From Candidatus Omnitrophota bacterium (GTDB taxonomy: Bacteria; Omnitrophota; Gorgyraeia; Zapsychrales; JBDRMG01): a stretch of DNA of 43,770 nt. Below the pieces are notes generated by a model. That model was not told the origin of the DNA. It worked only from the letters and a program-made list of their open reading frames with translations, and searched no databases. Below are positions 27,471 to 35,954 of this stretch, in pieces. Numbering within the stretch: position 1 is the stretch's first letter; each line of letters opens with the position of its first letter. The stretch lies in the NCBI GenBank assembly GCA_043812495.1, contig JBDRMG010000047.1, forward strand, positions 1 to 43,770, written 5' to 3'. The position numbers and the translations under genes are program-made.

Positions 27471-28451
27471 ATGAAGGTCGCCAAATACTACAATAACAAC
27501 GATATCCGCATCGAAGAGATCCCAAAACCGAAAATCCATGACGGAGAAATTCTAGTTCAGGTCAAAGCCAGTGGTATTTGCGGTACCGACGTCATGGAAT
27601 GGTACCGCATCAAGAAAGCCCCCCGTATCCTCGGCCACGAAATTGCCGGCGATATCGTTGAATCCAAATCCAAAAAATACAAAGTCGGCCAGCGCGTTTT
27701 TGTCAGCCATCACGTTCCGTGCAATACATGCAAATATTGCTTAGAAGGCCACCACACGGCTTGCGATACTTTGCATACGGGCAATTATGACCCCGGCGGA
27801 TACAGTGAATACGTCCGGGTGCCGAAGCTGAATGTCGAGCGGGGTGTTTATGTCCTGCCGGACAATGTTTCCTACGACGAAGGGACCATGATTGAGCCTT
27901 TGGCTTGTGCCGTAAGAGCTTTGCGCGTCATCGACTTAAAAGAAAGTCATACGGTCCTCATTCTGGGAAGTGGGATCTCCGGCCTTCTCAACATCATGCT
28001 CGCCAAATTAAACAAAGCCAAAGTTATAGCCACCGACATCCATCCCTATCGACTGAAAAAGGCAAAAGAATTCGGCGCCGATGAGGTGATCGATGTTGCC
28101 AAGGAAAAGCTAAATGTTAAAGCTGATCGCGTTATTATCTGCACAGGCGCCTATCAAGCGGTCGAACAAGCCTTTGCTTGCGTCAACAAAAAAGGAATTA
28201 TTCTTCTTTTTGCGATTCCCAATCAAGACATCAAAATTCCCATTCCGGATTCATGGAGAAATGAAATAACCATTACGTCATCTTACGGTGCTGCGCCAGC
28301 TGATCTCAAGGAAGCCTTGAATCTCATCCAGACAAATCGAGTGAATATCAAAGACACCATTACCCATAAGTTACCCCTCGAACGCATTCAGGAGGGATTC
28401 AAGATCATGACAGACGCCAAGGAATCCTTAAAAGTTGTGATTGAGCCATAG
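27471..28451 (+). CDS. Zinc-dependent alcohol/polyol dehydrogenase
   Basis: GICGTD, GHEIAG, CNTCKYC......C, EPLAC, GSGISG. Confidence 0.92.
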   Translation: MKVAKYYNNNDIRIEEIPKPKIHDGEILVQVKASGICGTDVMEWYRIKKAPRILGHEIAGDIVESKSKKYKVGQRVFVSHHVPCNTCKYCLEGHHTACDTLHTGNYDPGGYSEYVRVPKLNVERGVYVLPDNVSYDEGTMIEPLACAVRALRVIDLKESHTVLILGSGISGLLNIMLAKLNKAKVIATDIHPYRLKKAKEFGADEVIDVAKEKLNVKADRVIICTGAYQAVEQAFACVNKKGIILLFAIPNQDIKIPIPDSWRNEITITSSYGAAPADLKEALNLIQTNRVNIKDTITHKLPLERIQEGFKIMTDAKESLKVVIEP

Positions 28452-28467
28452 AAAATTAGGGAGTGTA

Positions 28468-29058
28468 ATGATGAACAAAAAGCTAATTTTTCTCTTAATA
28501 ATTATTTTCATTTTGTGTTTTAGCGGATTGGTTCTGGCGGATAAGGAAGCTCCAAACAGCGTTTATATAAAATCTTCTGAATATGGCAGTCTGTATGCTA
28601 AATCCATTCCGGATGAGCCCTACGGCTCTAAAGGCAAAACATTGATCTATTCTGTTAACCCTAAAGACGGTGCCGAGCAGCTTATTACCACTTATGATTG
28701 GTATTCTCAAGAAATATATCTTTTACACACCGGCGCATTAGTTAGAATAGGCCCTTGGGCAGGCGGCCGCAAAGCGAATAAGGAGGACTTTGCCATTGGT
28801 TTCTACAATGGAGGTCTGACGCGCAAAGAATACTCTACCTTAGATATCGCAGGTCGTGAAGATAATGTATGGGCAAGCGTATCTCATTACAGAGTCTTTA
28901 AGAAAATCCTGGGATTTCGCATAGAAGGTGGCGATGATGCCATTTTAGATAATGAATATTTCGTCTTTGAGGCAGAGACGATTGACGGCCGGAAACTCGC
29001 CTTTGATTTTAATACAGGAGAAATTCAAGCTGCCCAAACACCGATAATGAATCATTAG
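28468..29058 (+). CDS. Secreted hypothetical protein
   Basis: Signal peptide (KKLIFLLIIIFILCFSGLVLA); GGGAG RBS; no family recognised. Confidence 0.65.
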   Translation: MMNKKLIFLLIIIFILCFSGLVLADKEAPNSVYIKSSEYGSLYAKSIPDEPYGSKGKTLIYSVNPKDGAEQLITTYDWYSQEIYLLHTGALVRIGPWAGGRKANKEDFAIGFYNGGLTRKEYSTLDIAGREDNVWASVSHYRVFKKILGFRIEGGDDAILDNEYFVFEAETIDGRKLAFDFNTGEIQAAQTPIMNH

Positions 29059-29083
29059 ACGGTCTCCCTGAAGAATTAAATTC

Positions 29084-29135
29084 TTGCAATATTCCTGAAG
29101 TCCGATATACTATTTAATCGTTCAAAATTTCACGA
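29084..29135 (+). promoter_or_regulatory. rex-hydG promoter with Rex-like operator
   Basis: TTGCAA (29084-89)-N16-TATACT (29106-11); TCGTTCAAAATTTCACGA (29118-35). Confidence 0.75.
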
Positions 29136-29146
29136 TTAATGAAGAC

Positions 29147-29195
29147 GCAACTTACGGAGTCCGCCATTGTTTTTGTGGCGGACTCCGTAAGTTGC
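29147..29195. repeat. 20-bp perfect-stem palindrome (REP-like), related to 39549-39598
   Basis: GCAACTTACGGAGTCCGCCA / TGGCGGACTCCGTAAGTTGC. Confidence 0.85.
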
Positions 29196-29208
29196 TGACT
29201 GAATTAAC

Positions 29209-29311
29209 CCCCCACCACTTTTAGAAACAACCGTTTATTAAAAAGCGATGGGGATTGGATGATAGAACCCTTTAATTTTTAAGACAACTCTGTTACTAAA
29301 AGTGGTGGGGG
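29209..29311. repeat. 103-bp element with 16-bp terminal inverted repeats in the rex leader
   Basis: CCCCCACCACTTTTAG (29209-24) / CTAAAAGTGGTGGGGG (29296-311). Confidence 0.8.
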
Positions 29312-29323
29312 ATCAAGACAACT

Positions 29324-29956
29324 ATGAAAAAAGTCTCCAAAAAAACCATTGACCGGGCCCTTTTGTACATGCGGATTCTCGAGGGACTCATCAAAGAGAA
29401 ACGCAACCTTATCAGCTCCGGACAGCTTGCGGATATAGCGCAGACAAGCGATGTCCAGATCCGCAAGGATATTTCCCATTTCGGTAAAGTGGGCACCCCG
29501 CGCCTGGGTTACAACACCAAGGAGCTCAAAAAGATCCTTGAAGACTTCATTCTGCAGGAGAACGTGGTGCGCGTGGTTCTCTTTGGCGTCGGGAACTTAG
29601 GAACCGCCATTATCAAATATCCCGGCTTTCATAAAGGCAAGGTCAAAATGATCGCGGCCTTTGAGAAAGACGCGCAGAAAATCGGGAAGAAAATCAATAA
29701 TTTGACGATTTACCCAATCGAGCGGGCCCCCGAGGTGATCCGCAAGACCAAGGCGCATATCGGCATCATTGCCGTGCCCAAGGAATACGCCCAAGAGGTG
29801 GCTGATCTCATAGTGCTTTCGGGCTTGCGCAGCATTATTAATTTTGCGCCGGAATCGATTACAGTTCCTAAAAATGTTTTGGTCAAGGATATCGACTTGA
29901 CCATTGAATTCTTATCTCTCTTTTGTAATACACAGAGGGTTAAAAATGACAGTTGA
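29324..29956 (+). CDS. rex: Redox-sensing transcriptional repressor Rex
   Basis: ISSGQLA...QIRKDISHFG..GTPRLGY winged helix; GVGNLG Rossmann motif; IIAVP..AQEVAD, NFAP. Confidence 0.95.
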   Translation: MKKVSKKTIDRALLYMRILEGLIKEKRNLISSGQLADIAQTSDVQIRKDISHFGKVGTPRLGYNTKELKKILEDFILQENVVRVVLFGVGNLGTAIIKYPGFHKGKVKMIAAFEKDAQKIGKKINNLTIYPIERAPEVIRKTKAHIGIIAVPKEYAQEVADLIVLSGLRSIINFAPESITVPKNVLVKDIDLTIEFLSLFCNTQRVKNDS

Positions 29957-31442
29957 AGCATTAAGAAAAGCACCGTGGATTCAGGAGCGCATCAAGCCCG
30001 AAGAAATTACAAAATATCTGAAGGATGGGCAGGATTTTATCTCGGATCAGCGTATCCTGGAAACTCTCAAAGACAATAGCCGGCCGGATCCTCAAAAAGT
30101 CAAAGACATTTTAGCTAAATCTTTAGACATTCAAACCCTTCAGCTCGACGAGGCCGCTTGTCTTTTGAATGTCGCGGATCCTTTGCTGCTTGATGCAATG
30201 AAGCAAACAGCCCTGGCAATCAAGAAAAAAGTCTACGACAACAGGATCGTGACATTTGCACCGCTTTATTTGGGAAATTTTTGCGTCAACAACTGTCTTT
30301 ATTGTGGATTCAAAAAAGATAACACAGATGCCAAGCGTAAGGTGCTGAGCCAAGACGAAATTAAGGAAGAAATCAAAATGCTCGCCGGAAGAATCGGTCA
30401 TAAAAGACTGATTGTGGTTTACGGTGAACATCCCCGTAATGATGTCGATTATATCATCAAAAGTATTCGAACGATTTATGGTGTTGAAATCAAGACGAAA
30501 AACGGCACCGGAAATATCCGCCGGGTCAATGTCAATGCTCCGCCGTTTTGCGTCGAAGACCTTAAAAAATTACACGAAGTCGGCATCGGCACGTATCAGG
30601 TTTTCCAAGAAACCTATCATCATGACACCTACGCAAAAGTCCATCCGCAAGATACGATCAAAGGCCATTACCAGTGGCGTTTATATTGCATGCATCGGGC
30701 GTTTGAGGCGGGTATCGATGATGTCGGCATCGGCGCTCTATTTGGACTATATGATTGGAAGTTTGAAGTCATGGGACTTCTTTGTCATGCCCGCGAACTG
30801 GAAAATACATTCGGCATTGGTCCGCATACGGTGTCTTTTCCCCGGCTTGAACCGGCTGCCCATGCACCATTAACGGAAAACTCACGGTATCGCGTTTCGG
30901 ATGACGATTTCAAGAAACTCATTTTAGTTTTGCGCTTGTCCATTCCCTATACGGGCATGATTATCACGGCCAGGGAAAACGCCGAAATGCGACGGGAAGC
31001 TATTGAAATGGGTGTAACGCAGACGGATGCTTCGCCTAAAATCGGTATCGGATCCTACGCAAAAGGCCAAAGCGGTCAGGACAAAGATAAGCAACAGTTC
31101 ATACTCGGAGATACGCGCAGTCTTGATGAAGTGGTTCGAGAATACGCGAACATGGGTTACATCACATCTTTCTGCACCGCCGGATATCGATGCGGACGCA
31201 CGGGAAAATGCATCATGGATCTTTTGCGAAGCGGCCAAGAAGGTAAATTCTGCAAACTCAATGCCGTCTTGACATTCCGTGAATGGCTCAATGATTTTGC
31301 AAGTGATACAACAAAAGAAGTCGCCGAGCCTGTAATTCAAAAAGAAATCCAAGAAATCAAACTTAAGATGCCGAAAATCTTTCCCAAATTTGTTGCTACC
31401 TACGAGCGAATCAAAAACGGCGCTCGGGATCTCTACTTCTAA
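29946..31442 (+). CDS. hydG: [FeFe]-hydrogenase maturase HydG (tyrosine lyase making CO/CN)
   Basis: RIVTFAPLYLGNFCVNNCLYCGF, GHKRL, GNIRRVNVN, GIGTYQVFQETYH, GIDDVGIGALFGLYDW, GPHTVSFPR; C-terminal CX5CX19C auxiliary-cluster motif; overlaps rex stop. Confidence 0.93.
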   Translation: MTVEALRKAPWIQERIKPEEITKYLKDGQDFISDQRILETLKDNSRPDPQKVKDILAKSLDIQTLQLDEAACLLNVADPLLLDAMKQTALAIKKKVYDNRIVTFAPLYLGNFCVNNCLYCGFKKDNTDAKRKVLSQDEIKEEIKMLAGRIGHKRLIVVYGEHPRNDVDYIIKSIRTIYGVEIKTKNGTGNIRRVNVNAPPFCVEDLKKLHEVGIGTYQVFQETYHHDTYAKVHPQDTIKGHYQWRLYCMHRAFEAGIDDVGIGALFGLYDWKFEVMGLLCHARELENTFGIGPHTVSFPRLEPAAHAPLTENSRYRVSDDDFKKLILVLRLSIPYTGMIITARENAEMRREAIEMGVTQTDASPKIGIGSYAKGQSGQDKDKQQFILGDTRSLDEVVREYANMGYITSFCTAGYRCGRTGKCIMDLLRSGQEGKFCKLNAVLTFREWLNDFASDTTKEVAEPVIQKEIQEIKLKMPKIFPKFVATYERIKNGARDLYF

Positions 31443-31488
31443 AAAATTTGTGATTAGTAGAAAATGTGTTTTTTTATTCGTTTGATTT

Positions 31489-31642
31489 CCCGCCCCGCTT
31501 CTTGCCCCGCAAAATGCGGGGCAGAGGGGCGGGTTAATTCGACCTTATGACTTATGTTCCGTCAATTCGATAAAATCGAATTGACGAGACCTCGCTAAAA
31601 TATTAAGAAAAAGGCGGGCGCTTCGCTCCATAAGTCATGGTC
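31489..31642. repeat. Cluster of nested palindromes downstream of hydG (possible terminator function)
   Basis: CCCGCCCC..TGCCCCGCA-AAA-TGCGGGGCA..GGGGCGGG; CGTCAATTCGAT-AAA-ATCGAATTGACG enclosed by ATGACTTATG/CATAAGTCAT. Confidence 0.75.
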
Positions 31643-31659
31643 TCATTAAAAAGAAATAA

Positions 31660-31688
31660 TTGACATCTGACGGGTTGAGGAGTATAAA
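31660..31688 (+). promoter_or_regulatory. Sigma-70 promoter of antiporter gene
   Basis: TTGACA-N17-TATAAA. Confidence 0.7.
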
Positions 31689-31767
31689 TTTGTTTTGAGG
31701 TTGAAAAACAAAGATAAGCCCCTGTCTGAAGCGAGGCAGGGGTTATTTGCTTATTAAGGACGGCGCC

Positions 31768-33405
31768 ATGAATGTGTTATTGTTAATCGGCTTAACCATT
31801 TTCCTTGGGACATTGGGAGGAAAGATTTTCGAAAAACTGAAAATCCCCCAAGTCGTTGCCTATGTTGTTTTGGGTCTCATACTCGGGAAGTCATTCTTTG
31901 GCATTTGGGGAGATGAAGTGATCGAACAGTTTACGCCGGCCGTGAATCTGGCCCTGGGTTTTATCGGATTTTTGATCGGCTCGGAATTAAAACTCGACCT
32001 TTTTAAACGCAAAGGACACGCGATCTATTCCATCCTTTTCAGTGAGAGCCTGATGACATTTTTTGTTGTCATGGGGGCCGTGACGCTGGTAACGCATAAG
32101 TTCTATTATGGCCTGCTTTTCGGGGCCTTAGCCGCTGCGACCGCGCCGGCGGCCACGGTTGATGTCTTATGGGAGTATAAAACACGGGGGCCTTTGACCA
32201 CAACGCTTTTAGCGATTGTCGCTTTGGACGATGCCGTTGCCCTTATCCTTTATGCCTTTGCCAGCACCTTTTCCAAATCATTGATCGCTCGGGAACATTT
32301 TTCACTCTTTCACACGATTCAAGCTCCTCTAGTGGAAATCTGTTTAACCGCTGTATTGGGTGCGGCCGGCGGGTATATTCTTTTTAAGCTCATTCGCTTT
32401 ATCAAAGACAAAGAGCGCATCCTTCCCTTTACGCTGGGGATTATTACGATGGCCGTCGGCGCTGCCGTTCTCTTAAAAATCGATTTAATTCTCGTCAGCA
32501 TGATGTTGGGGCTGACCTTGGCCAATCTGGCTCCCGAAGAAAGCAAAGAAATCTTCAGCTCCGTTCGAAAATTCAGCCCGCCGGTTTATGTTCTCTTTTT
32601 TGTTCTGGTCGGGGCCAGGCTGGATATATTTTTATTTACCAAAGCCGCCATTGCCGTTTTGGCTGTCGTCTATGTCGTGAGCCGCTCTTTAGGAAAAATT
32701 TCCGGGGCTTTTTTCGGTGGCCTGATCGGCAAGGCTCAGCCAACCGTTACCAAATATCTCGGCCTTTGCCTGTTCTCCCAGGCTGGCGTCGCTATAGGAT
32801 TGGCGATTTCGCTTTATCACAACTTGGGACATCTTGGGCCCGAGGCGAGCCAAGTGGGCCTCACCGTCATCAACGTTATCGTGGCGACCACATTCCTTGT
32901 CCAGATCATCGGTCCGCCGAGTGTACGCTACGCTGTTTTTAAAGCCGGAGAAGCCTATAGGAATATTACCGAGGACGATATTATCGATTCTTATCGCGTC
33001 GGCGATTTGATGGATAAAGAAACGCCCGTGATTCGGCAAAATATGCCTTTGTATTCCATCGTTTCCGTGATGAAAGAAAGTGAAGCGTATCATTTCTGTG
33101 TTGTCGGCGAGCCAGGGGATTTGCGCGGCATTCTTTCTTTAGGGGATTTGCGTAGTTCTTTTCTTGAACAAGAAGCCGAATTGAATCATTTGGTTCTGGC
33201 CGGTGACATCGCTGTGGCGACGACACAATATATCAGCGCTTCTCGGCCTCTTAAAGAGGCTATCGAAATATTTCGGCGCAAAGACATTGACTTCCTTCCC
33301 GTGATCGAGGACGAAGCCTCCATGAAACTCGTAGGTGCCATGCATTATCACCAGGTGATGACAGAAATTCATCGCCAACTTTTTGAACGCCGCGGCAGCA
33401 TCTAA
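31768..33405 (+). CDS. CPA2-family cation:proton antiporter with C-terminal CBS pair
   Basis: About 13 TM segments, ATAPAAT, VALDDA, FFVLVGA, SRSLGK, FSQAGVAIGL; CBS repeats after residue ~410. Confidence 0.9.
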   Translation: MNVLLLIGLTIFLGTLGGKIFEKLKIPQVVAYVVLGLILGKSFFGIWGDEVIEQFTPAVNLALGFIGFLIGSELKLDLFKRKGHAIYSILFSESLMTFFVVMGAVTLVTHKFYYGLLFGALAAATAPAATVDVLWEYKTRGPLTTTLLAIVALDDAVALILYAFASTFSKSLIAREHFSLFHTIQAPLVEICLTAVLGAAGGYILFKLIRFIKDKERILPFTLGIITMAVGAAVLLKIDLILVSMMLGLTLANLAPEESKEIFSSVRKFSPPVYVLFFVLVGARLDIFLFTKAAIAVLAVVYVVSRSLGKISGAFFGGLIGKAQPTVTKYLGLCLFSQAGVAIGLAISLYHNLGHLGPEASQVGLTVINVIVATTFLVQIIGPPSVRYAVFKAGEAYRNITEDDIIDSYRVGDLMDKETPVIRQNMPLYSIVSVMKESEAYHFCVVGEPGDLRGILSLGDLRSSFLEQEAELNHLVLAGDIAVATTQYISASRPLKEAIEIFRRKDIDFLPVIEDEASMKLVGAMHYHQVMTEIHRQLFERRGSI

Positions 33406-33491
33406 ACCCTTTCCCATCTTTTCAAACTCATTTCTGTTGTTTGGGCGCCTCCTATCTTTGTGATATAATCTCTCTAAAAGAGTTATTGGCG

Positions 33492-34031
33492 ATGAAAAAG
33501 TTATGTTCACAAAAGATAATTGGGATCCTTGTCCTTGCGGCTTGCCTTCACGGGTGTGATTTTATTTACGGGCTTTTGCAGCACGAAGGAGCTGAAGAAA
33601 AAAAAATTCTGGGCGAAATTGTGCCATTTACGGATAACGAAAGGGTGTACGAAACCCAAGAGCTCTTAAAGGTTTATGGATTTAATCCGGGCAAGGCCGA
33701 TGGCCGCATGGGGCCAAATACCAGGGAAGCGTTGGAGGGGTTTCAGAGAGCCAATCATCTGAAGGTCTCGCGTTTCGTGGACAAGAAAACCTGGGTCAAA
33801 TTGAATTTTTTGAAAGAGGCCGATTTGGTTTTAGACGGAGAAATCAATATCAAGACCGTCCAGATCATTCTCAAAGAAGCCGGATATGACCCCGGAAAAA
33901 TGGATGGGAAAGTCGGTCAAAAGACAAAAGAAGCTTTACTGGCGTTCCAAAAAGACAACGGCCTAAAACCTGATGGCATCATCGGCTCCTCGACGCTTAA
34001 TAAGTTGATTGAATTCTTGCCAGCCCGTTGA
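33492..34031 (+). CDS. Lipoprotein with two peptidoglycan-binding (PG_binding_1) domains
   Basis: Lipobox LHG-C; two repeats of Q..L...G..PG..DG..G..T.EAL..FQ..N.L. Confidence 0.88.
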   Translation: MKKLCSQKIIGILVLAACLHGCDFIYGLLQHEGAEEKKILGEIVPFTDNERVYETQELLKVYGFNPGKADGRMGPNTREALEGFQRANHLKVSRFVDKKTWVKLNFLKEADLVLDGEINIKTVQIILKEAGYDPGKMDGKVGQKTKEALLAFQKDNGLKPDGIIGSSTLNKLIEFLPAR

Positions 34032-34037
34032 AACACA

Positions 34038-34170
34038 TCCGCCTTCGCTGAAATGTTTTCACGCTCAGCTACGGCGGACAAGGATTGACACAGATGAAAA
34101 GATACAGATGGTCACAGATAAAAATTGCTATCTGCGATTATCTGTGTTTTAATCTGCGATCATCTGTGTC
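34038..34170. repeat. TCCGCCTTCGCT..GCTACGGCGGA palindrome followed by a CACAGAT/ATCTGTG inverted array
   Basis: Read directly from sequence; same array family as 24798-24905 and 35827-35938. Confidence 0.75.
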
Positions 34171-34185
34171 CCCAGCACAATCGCC

Positions 34186-34214
34186 TTGCCAGCCCAAACG
34201 AATTAGCGTATAAT
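34186..34214 (+). promoter_or_regulatory. Sigma-70 promoter of trehalose cluster
   Basis: TTGCCA-N17-TATAAT. Confidence 0.65.
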
Positions 34215-34258
34215 AAATTAAATTATTATTAATATTGATAGACGGAAAGGGGGCTTCC

Positions 34259-35020
34259 ATGAAGGAGCTAAAGGCCGTAGTTTTTGATTTGGACGGCGTG
34301 ATTACCAACACAGCCAAAGTTCATGCCAAGGCATGGAAGCAGACATTTGATGACTATCTCAAGTTAAGAGAAAAAAGAGATCAAGAGCCGTTTAAAGAGT
34401 TTACCATCGAGGGCGATTACCGCACGTATGTCGACGGAAAACCGCGTTATAAAGGCGTACGCAGTTTCTTGGAATCCAGAGGGATAAATCTTGCCGAAGG
34501 CGATCTGTCTGATGAGCCGGGAAAAGAAACCGTCTGCGGGTTGGGGAATACGAAGAATGGGGCCTTTCGCAAGGTCCTCAAAAAGGACGGTGCCGAAGTT
34601 TTCCAACCGGCGGTTGATCTTCTCAAGGACCTTAAGGCCAAAGGAATTCATATCGGTGTGGCCTCCTCCAGCAAAAATTGTCTTATTATCCTCCAGTCCG
34701 TCGGTCTTGAAAGTATTTTTGAGACAAGAATCGACGGGGTCGTTTCTGCCGAAATGGGTCTTAAAGGAAAACCCGAACCGGATATTTTTACCGTTGCCGC
34801 CAAGAATATGAATTGTACGCCGGATGTATCGATTGTCGTTGAAGATGCCGTTTCAGGCGTTCAGGCCGGCGCCAAAGGGCAATTCGGACTCGTTTTAGGA
34901 ATTGCCAGAGAAAACAACGAGAAAGAATTAAAAGAAAATGGCGCAGATGTTGTTGTCACAAATTTTCAAGTAGTTAATACAGAGACTTTGAAGAAATGGT
35001 TCCGGGAGAAGAACGGATAA
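34259..35020 (+). CDS. Beta-phosphoglucomutase-family HAD hydrolase
   Basis: FDLDGVIT, YVDGKPRYKGVRSFLESRGI, ASSSKN, GKPEPD, VEDAVSGVQAG. Confidence 0.9.
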   Translation: MKELKAVVFDLDGVITNTAKVHAKAWKQTFDDYLKLREKRDQEPFKEFTIEGDYRTYVDGKPRYKGVRSFLESRGINLAEGDLSDEPGKETVCGLGNTKNGAFRKVLKKDGAEVFQPAVDLLKDLKAKGIHIGVASSSKNCLIILQSVGLESIFETRIDGVVSAEMGLKGKPEPDIFTVAAKNMNCTPDVSIVVEDAVSGVQAGAKGQFGLVLGIARENNEKELKENGADVVVTNFQVVNTETLKKWFREKNG

Positions 35021-35041
35021 TTCACCGAAAGGAAGACATCT

Positions 35042-35845
35042 TTGAACAGACAACCCAGTAGCTTTTTTGACAACCTTCCGGACATCCAAAAGAGACTTTC
35101 AGAAAAAGAAATTGTATTCTTTCTTGATTACGATGGAACACTCACGCCCATTGTCGCTACGCCTGATCTCGCGGTTCTCTCAGAAGATATGCGCCAGACT
35201 CTGAGAGAATTGATTAAGCGCTATAAAGTTTCGATTGTGAGCGGCCGGGCCACCGACGATGTCAAAGGAAAAGTCAAACTTGACGGCATTTTCTATGCCG
35301 GGAGTCATGGTTTTGAAATTGTGTATCCTTCCGGCGAAGTGAAAATTAATGAACAAGCGCAAAAGATTCGGTCCGTGATTGATGAGGCGCATGCCAAATT
35401 AGAAAAAAGATTAGCCGGCATCAAGGGCGCTTTGGCCGAACACGTGAAATACACGATCTCAGCTCACTACCGCTTGGTCGCGGATACGGATTTCCCGCAA
35501 TTTGAAAAGATCGTGGATGAAACGGTTCGAGAATACCCGAGCCTGCGCAAATCTTCCGGAAAAAAAGTCTTTGAACTAAAGCCAAAAATCGATTGGCACA
35601 AAGGAAAAGCCGTCGAATGGATTTTGAAAGTCATCGGCACCGGAGAAAACATCTTGCCGATTTATATCGGCGATGACACAACGGACGAGGATGCCTTTCG
35701 CGTTCTTAGAGACAAAGGTTTTGGAATTCTGGTGGCTGACCCTGTGCGCGCCTCCGTTGCCGAGTATGTGATTAAGAACGCGGAAGAAGTAAAAAAGGTT
35801 TTGAAATTTTTTATAGGGTTAAAAAGTACAGATGATCACAGATGA
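35042..35845 (+). CDS. otsB: Trehalose-6-phosphate phosphatase
   Basis: FLDYDGTLTPIV, IVSGR, YAGSHG, HYR, GKKVFELKP, KGKAV, IGDDTTDEDAF; TTG start. Confidence 0.92.
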   Translation: MNRQPSSFFDNLPDIQKRLSEKEIVFFLDYDGTLTPIVATPDLAVLSEDMRQTLRELIKRYKVSIVSGRATDDVKGKVKLDGIFYAGSHGFEIVYPSGEVKINEQAQKIRSVIDEAHAKLEKRLAGIKGALAEHVKYTISAHYRLVADTDFPQFEKIVDETVREYPSLRKSSGKKVFELKPKIDWHKGKAVEWILKVIGTGENILPIYIGDDTTDEDAFRVLRDKGFGILVADPVRASVAEYVIKNAEEVKKVLKFFIGLKSTDDHR

Positions 35846-35938
35846 AAAAACACAGATGATCACAGATGAAAAAACACAGATGAGCACAGATGTTTATCTG
35901 TGCCCATCTGTATCTTTTAATCTGCACTAATCTGCGTT
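35827..35938. repeat. CACAGAT/ATCTGTG inverted array with an internal 24-bp tandem duplication, overlapping the otsB stop
   Basis: ACAGATGATCACAGATGAAAAAAC at 35828-51 and 35852-75, then ATCTG units. Confidence 0.85.
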
Positions 35939-35954
35939 TACCAATTAATAAACC

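Noticed and set aside
29946..31442. ThiH (thiazole biosynthesis tyrosine lyase)
   Set aside because: Has the HydG-specific C-terminal Cys domain and GPH His, is ~500 aa, and no thi genes are nearby.
35827..35938. CRISPR array
   Set aside because: Short degenerate units without unique spacers, mirror arrangement, no cas genes; the same applies to the other repeat arrays.
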